A stretch of DNA of 11,569 nt from Candidatus Eiseniibacteriota bacterium. GTDB lineage: Bacteria; Eisenbacteria; RBG-16-71-46; DASYSL01. Positions 7,364 to 11,569 of the stretch are shown one piece after another (within the stretch, counting starts at the first letter, position 1; every line of letters begins with the position of its first letter). Location of the stretch: assembly GCA_031431875.1 (NCBI GenBank), contig JANPEF010000052.1:1-11569 (forward strand), given 5' to 3'. Under the pieces are notes generated by a model. The model saw nothing but the letters and a program-made list of their open reading frames with translations. It made no database searches and had not been told where the DNA came from. Both the position numbers and the translations under genes were made by a program.

Positions 7364-8053
7364 ATGTTCGCCCAGCTCGCCTGGTCCCTTCTGCTTGTCG
7401 TCGCGGCCACGCCCGCACTCGCTGCCGCGCCGCCGGCCGTGGACGTCGTCCCGTTGCCCGTCGCGTTGCCCAAGCCGTTCGTCGTCCATGACTTCGGCCG
7501 GGACCTCGAACCCACCTGCACGATGAACTATCTGAATGAGTCCATCTCGGCCCTGTTCTATGCGCCGGTCGCCGCCAACGTCGAGCTTGCCGACGACCTC
7601 CACACGTCGATCGTGGGCAACCAGCTGCTGTGCGGGTTCGACCTCGGCTACTACAAGGCGGGCGCGGGGCTGGTCGACGCCACCGTGACTTTCTACGCCA
7701 ACGCGCCGTTCGATCCGGGTCGCGGCCCCGTGCTGGCAGGGCCGTATGTCATCGAGGGGCTTCCGGCGGGACTCAACGCGTTCCACCTCGAAGTCGCCGG
7801 AGCGATGCTCCAGTCGGATCTCTGGATGGGCGTCGCGTTCAGCGACGGCTCGACCGGACTGCTGTGCTTCGGCCCGCCCAGCCTCGGCGACTCGCACGAT
7901 GTGGTCTGGTTCGCTCCACCGGAATTCCCGTCGGGATTCGCCATCAACTTCAGCGGTAACCCGGCGGCGAACTTTTTCCTTGGCGTGTACACGAGCCCTG
8001 CCACGCCGGCGAACGTGGCCACCTGGGGCAGCCTGAAGGCGCACTACCGGTAG
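7364..8053 (+). CDS. Secreted hypothetical protein (229 aa), beta-rich domain, C-terminal TWGSLKAHYR tail
   Basis: Sec signal peptide MFAQLAWSLLLVVAATPALA|A, SD-like GGGGAG at 7353-7358 and G/C-ending codon bias. The C-terminus is SPATPANVATWGSLKAHYR-stop. Confidence 0.85.
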   Translation: MFAQLAWSLLLVVAATPALAAAPPAVDVVPLPVALPKPFVVHDFGRDLEPTCTMNYLNESISALFYAPVAANVELADDLHTSIVGNQLLCGFDLGYYKAGAGLVDATVTFYANAPFDPGRGPVLAGPYVIEGLPAGLNAFHLEVAGAMLQSDLWMGVAFSDGSTGLLCFGPPSLGDSHDVVWFAPPEFPSGFAINFSGNPAANFFLGVYTSPATPANVATWGSLKAHYR

Positions 8054-8118
8054 GACCGCCCGAACTCCACCGTTTCCCACCACCGCTCCCTGGTGTCGAA
8101 GAACCCGTGAGGAATGCC

Positions 8119-11100
8119 ATGCGTGCCCGCGCCGGCTCCATCCGTTTCCTGCTCGCCGCCATCGCGCTTCTGCTCTGCGCCCGCATCCCGGACACCCTGG
8201 CCCAGGCCGTTCCGGCCTACCGGCCTGGCGAGGTCCTCGTCAAGTACCGTGCCTTCGCGACCCCGTCGGCGATCGCGGTGCTCACGGGCGAGTTGGGCAC
8301 GGACCTGATCGAGCGCTTTCCCAAGCTCGGCATCGATCGCCTGCGCGTCACCGACGTCGGCGTCGAGGACGCCGTGGCGCGACTGCGCAGCGACCCCGCC
8401 GTGGAGTTCGCGGAACCGAACTACATCTACCGGGCATCGGTGATCCCGAACGACCCCGCATTCGAGCAGCTGTGGGGACTCCTGAACATGGGGCAGACGG
8501 GTGGCACGCCCGGGGCGGACATTCACGCTGCCCAGGCTTGGAACACGTTCACGGGATCCTCCGCCGTCCTGGTCGGCGTCATCGACACCGGGGTCGACTA
8601 CACGCATCCCGACCTGGCCGCGAACACGTTCGTCAACCTGGGCGAGGTCCCCGGGAACGGCGTCGATGACGACATGAACGGTTTCGTCGATGACGTGCGT
8701 GGCTGGGACTTCGCGAGCAACGACAACGATCCCATGGACGATCACTACCATGGCACGCATGTGTCGGGGACGATCGGCGCCGTCGGGAACAACGGCATCG
8801 GGGTCGCGGGCGTGAGCTGGAGCGTGCGCATCCTGCCGATCAAGTTCCTCGACGCCGGCGGCTCCGGAAGCACGGACGCGGCGATTCGCAGTATCGAATA
8901 CGCGACGCTCATGGGCGTGCGCATCATCAACGCGAGCTGGGGCGGGGGAGGCCATTCCGAGGCGCTGCGCCTCGCGATCGCGGCAGCCGGGGAGGCGGGC
9001 GTCCTGTTCGTCGCCGCGGCGGGCAACAACGCCAGCGACACGGACCTCTATCCGAACTACCCGTCGTCGTACGAGCTCGACAACATCATCGCCGTGGCCG
9101 CAACGGACGCCAACGACCAGCTCGCCTACTTCTCCAACTATGGCGTGGTCTCGGTTGACCTGGCGGCACCGGGCGTCAACACCTACAGCACCCTGCCCGG
9201 ACTCGGCTACGGACTGCTCAGCGGCACCTCGATGGCGACGCCTCACGTCGTTGGCGTTGCGGCATTGATCCGCGGCCGCTTTCCCGCGGCGACCGTCGCC
9301 ATGACCAAGGCGCTCCTGTTGAACCGCGCGGAGCCGAGGCCCGGGCTCGCGGGCCGGGTCCTCACCGGCGCCCGGCTCGACGCCCTGCACGCGATCGCCG
9401 ATCCGGACACGACTCCGCCCGCGGCGGTGACCGACCTCGCCGCCGTCGACCCGGGTGGAAGTCACCTGACCCTGCGCTGGACGGCCAGCGGGGATGACGG
9501 CTCGAGCGGTACCGCGTTCTCATACGACCTGCGCTACTCGACGGCGCCGATCACGGAACAGAACTTCGCCGCCGCGACCCCGGCGACCGGCGAGCCGGCA
9601 CCGGCTCCGGCCGGGTCCGCGCAACAGACGGTGGTGACGGGGCTCGGTTTCGACACGACCGTTCACTTCGCGCTCCGGGTGCTGGACGATTTCGGCAATG
9701 CCTCCGAGGTCGGCAACGACGCGAGCGCAACCACGCTCGGGCCACCGGACATCGCGATCACGCCGGACTCGCTCTCGGCCAGCCTGCTCACCGGGGCGAC
9801 CACGCACCGGACGTTGACCGTCTCGAATGGTGGGGTGAGCGAACTCGGGTTCGCGATCCGCCTGGAAGGGGACACGGCGGGACTGACGGTCGACGTGATC
9901 CGCGGCCCGGCCGGGAGCAAGGACGCCGTACTCGCGCGCGGAGAAGTCGTGCCGCTCGACGCCCTGGCGGCGTCCGGACGGCGCGTTGCGCCCACCGTCC
10001 AGGTGGGGGGCAACGGCTTGCCGGATCGCTTCGGTGTCATTCGTCCCGGCTTCGTGTCCCAGGGGGATCCCCTCCTCGCCCCCGGCGAGGAGGTGTTCGG
10101 AAGCGCCCAGAACATCTTCGGCGGCGACCTGCGCACCCGGGGCAACATTTTCGCGTGCACCACGTCGCGCGTCCTGCGGGAGCATCGTTTCTATCTCGCT
10201 CCCTCCCTGGCGACTCCGCTCTGGTTCCTCGTCTACGAGGGGACCAGCGCGGCGGGCGAGTATTCGCTCGTGAGCGCGTCCAGCGTGACTCCGGCCGGAA
10301 CGGCACAAGGCTGGTACAGCTCCGGGGACATCGACCTGCCGATGATCGAAGGCCGCTCCTACTTGATCGTCACGTCGTTCGCGCCGTACAGCAACTACTT
10401 CAACCAGCTCGACATCAGCCCGTATCCCATTCCCGCCTCCTTCGGATCGCTCATCGGGGGAGCGGGCTGGTTCTGGCCGCCGTCGGCCAGCTTCCCGCCG
10501 GACCCGACGCAGAACGTTCCCCCGGAGGCGCTGGGCGGTGGGGTCGCCTACTACCAGACGATCGTGACCGACGACCTGATGGCCTGGGTCGCGGCGGCGC
10601 CGGAGTCGGCGACCGTCGGCGCCGGATCCCAGCTCGCCATCGACGTGACGTTCGATGCTGCCGGCATGAATGACGGCGACTACGACGCCCGCCTCGTCTT
10701 CGCGAGCAACGACCCGGACGAGCCCGCCGTGCCGATCCCCGTCCACCTTCACGTCACCGGCGCGCCCGACATCTCGGTCGTTCCGGACTCGATCGACTTC
10801 GGGCCGTTGTTCCTCGGCGCCACGCGGGTCGACACCGTCGTGGTGAGCAATCCGGGCACGGCGCTGCTGGGCATCTCGTCGGTCTCGGCCACGCCCGGTG
10901 CATTCACCGTGGATCCGTCCGCCTTCGCCCTGGCCCCGGGTGCGCAGCGCAAGCTCGTGGTGAGCTTCGCGCCGACGGTGGCGGAAGCAACGCCCGGGAC
11001 GCTCACGATCGCGAGCGACGATCCCGACCGGCCCGTGGCCACTGTGGCGCTGTCGGGCCTCGGGCTCGTGCCACCGGACATCGCCGTCCGGCCGGACTCG

Positions 11101-11569
11101 CTGAGCGCGGACCTGTTCACCGGAGAGCAGGCCACGCGCACGGTCACGATCGAGAACACGGGTGGCAGCGACCTGACGTTCGTCGCCTCGAGCGTCGGCG
11201 AAGTCCAGGCCTCCAGCATCCGCATCGGAACGACTCCGCCCGATCCTGGAGCGGGCACCGTGCCGTCCGCGCGGAGTGACCGGGCCCCCGAGGCCTACCG
11301 CTTCGTGGCCGCGCCCCACGAGGCGAAGACGGGTGCGGACGTGCTCCTGATCCAGGACTACCTGCCCTGGGGCTCGCCGGCGAACAACCAGATCCTCGCC
11401 GCGAACGGGATCGCCTACGACGCCATCCCCTCGAGCCAGCTCGCCTCGACCAACCTGTCCGGCTACCAGCTCGTCATCGTCGCCAGCGACCAGCCCTGGT
11501 TCACCTACCAGACCCTGGCCGCACGCGCTGCCCAGATCGAGAACTTCGTCCTCCAGGGCGGCAGCCTCG
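8119..11569 (+). CDS. Large secreted multidomain S8 (subtilisin-like) serine peptidase with Fn3 and Ig-like (choice-of-anchor-D/ASH-like) repeats; 3'-truncated by the window edge
   Basis: Manual translation of frame 1 from the ATG at 8119 (SD GAGGA 8109-8113) finds no stop before the window end (1150 codons). It shows a signal peptide (MRARAGSIRFLLAAIALLLCA...) and prodomain (YRPGEVLVKY...VEFAEPNY). Catalytic Asp is in VGVIDTGVD (8584), His in HGTHVSG (8749), oxyanion Asn in AAAGN (9025) and Ser in SGTSMATPHV (9229). An Fn3-like domain (DTTPPAAVTDL...WTASGDDG...YDLRYS) spans about 9406-9738, and PDI...SND/SDDPD Ig-like units follow. Confidence 0.93.
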   Translation, partial: MRARAGSIRFLLAAIALLLCARIPDTLAQAVPAYRPGEVLVKYRAFATPSAIAVLTGELGTDLIERFPKLGIDRLRVTDVGVEDAVARLRSDPAVEFAEPNYIYRASVIPNDPAFEQLWGLLNMGQTGGTPGADIHAAQAWNTFTGSSAVLVGVIDTGVDYTHPDLAANTFVNLGEVPGNGVDDDMNGFVDDVRGWDFASNDNDPMDDHYHGTHVSGTIGAVGNNGIGVAGVSWSVRILPIKFLDAGGSGSTDAAIRSIEYATLMGVRIINASWGGGGHSEALRLAIAAAGEAGVLFVAAAGNNASDTDLYPNYPSSYELDNIIAVAATDANDQLAYFSNYGVVSVDLAAPGVNTYSTLPGLGYGLLSGTSMATPHVVGVAALIRGRFPAATVAMTKALLLNRAEPRPGLAGRVLTGARLDALHAIADPDTTPPAAVTDLAAVDPGGSHLTLRWTASGDDGSSGTAFSYDLRYSTAPITEQNFAAATPATGEPAPAPAGSAQQTVVTGLGFDTTVHFALRVLDDFGNASEVGNDASATTLGPPDIAITPDSLSASLLTGATTHRTLTVSNGGVSELGFAIRLEGDTAGLTVDVIRGPAGSKDAVLARGEVVPLDALAASGRRVAPTVQVGGNGLPDRFGVIRPGFVSQGDPLLAPGEEVFGSAQNIFGGDLRTRGNIFACTTSRVLREHRFYLAPSLATPLWFLVYEGTSAAGEYSLVSASSVTPAGTAQGWYSSGDIDLPMIEGRSYLIVTSFAPYSNYFNQLDISPYPIPASFGSLIGGAGWFWPPSASFPPDPTQNVPPEALGGGVAYYQTIVTDDLMAWVAAAPESATVGAGSQLAIDVTFDAAGMNDGDYDARLVFASNDPDEPAVPIPVHLHVTGAPDISVVPDSIDFGPLFLGATRVDTVVVSNPGTALLGISSVSATPGAFTVDPSAFALAPGAQRKLVVSFAPTVAEATPGTLTIASDDPDRPVATVALSGLGLVPPDIAVRPDSLSADLFTGEQATRTVTIENTGGSDLTFVASSVGEVQASSIRIGTTPPDPGAGTVPSARSDRAPEAYRFVAAPHEAKTGADVLLIQDYLPWGSPANNQILAANGIAYDAIPSSQLASTNLSGYQLVIVASDQPWFTYQTLAARAAQIENFVLQGGSL
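9742..11181 (+). repeat. Internal Ig-like domain repeats of the S8 protease (three units starting at about 9742, 10762 and 11071)
   Basis: PPDIAITPDSLSASLLTGATTHRTLTVSNGG / APDISVVPDSIDFGPLFLGATRVDTVVVSNPG / PPDIAVRPDSLSADLFTGEQATRTVTIENTGG. Units 1 and 3 share the identical DNA blocks CCACCGGACATCGC and GCCGGACTCGCT. Confidence 0.8.

Noticed and set aside
6681..8083. ORFs 6681-7526 (+) and 6791-8083 (-) spanning the mutS end and the intergenic region
   Set aside because: They overlap well-supported genes, have atypical composition and show no motifs.
8044..11319. Minus-strand ORFs of 473 and 599 aa, plus short + strand ORFs such as 8114-8308 and 10155-10673
   Set aside because: They are shadows or alternate frames of the S8 protease gene in + frame 1.

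Overview
GC-rich bacterial chromosomal window with all genes on the + strand. The housekeeping block runs: 5'-truncated PlsC-type acyltransferase, rpsA (ribosomal protein S1), an intrinsic terminator-like hairpin, miaB, a secreted TPR protein, and mutS. An AT-richer, structured intergenic region follows, with a candidate sigma70 promoter overlapped by an 18-bp palindrome. Downstream is a two-gene secreted-protein module. The first gene encodes a 229-aa signal-peptide protein ending in a distinctive TPxxxxTWGSLKAHYR tail, a candidate C-terminal protein-sorting signal. The second is a large S8 (subtilisin-like) protease gene missing from the ORF track because it runs off the window (8119..>11569, at least 1150 codons). 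Its architecture is prodomain, S8 catalytic domain, Fn3, then three Ig-like (choice-of-anchor-D/ASH-like) repeats, two of them split by inserted domains. The tail motif and protein style recall FCB-related candidate phyla such as Ca. Eisenbacteria or Krumholzibacteriota; that assignment is from memory and unverified. No CRISPR array, RNA gene or mobile element was seen.
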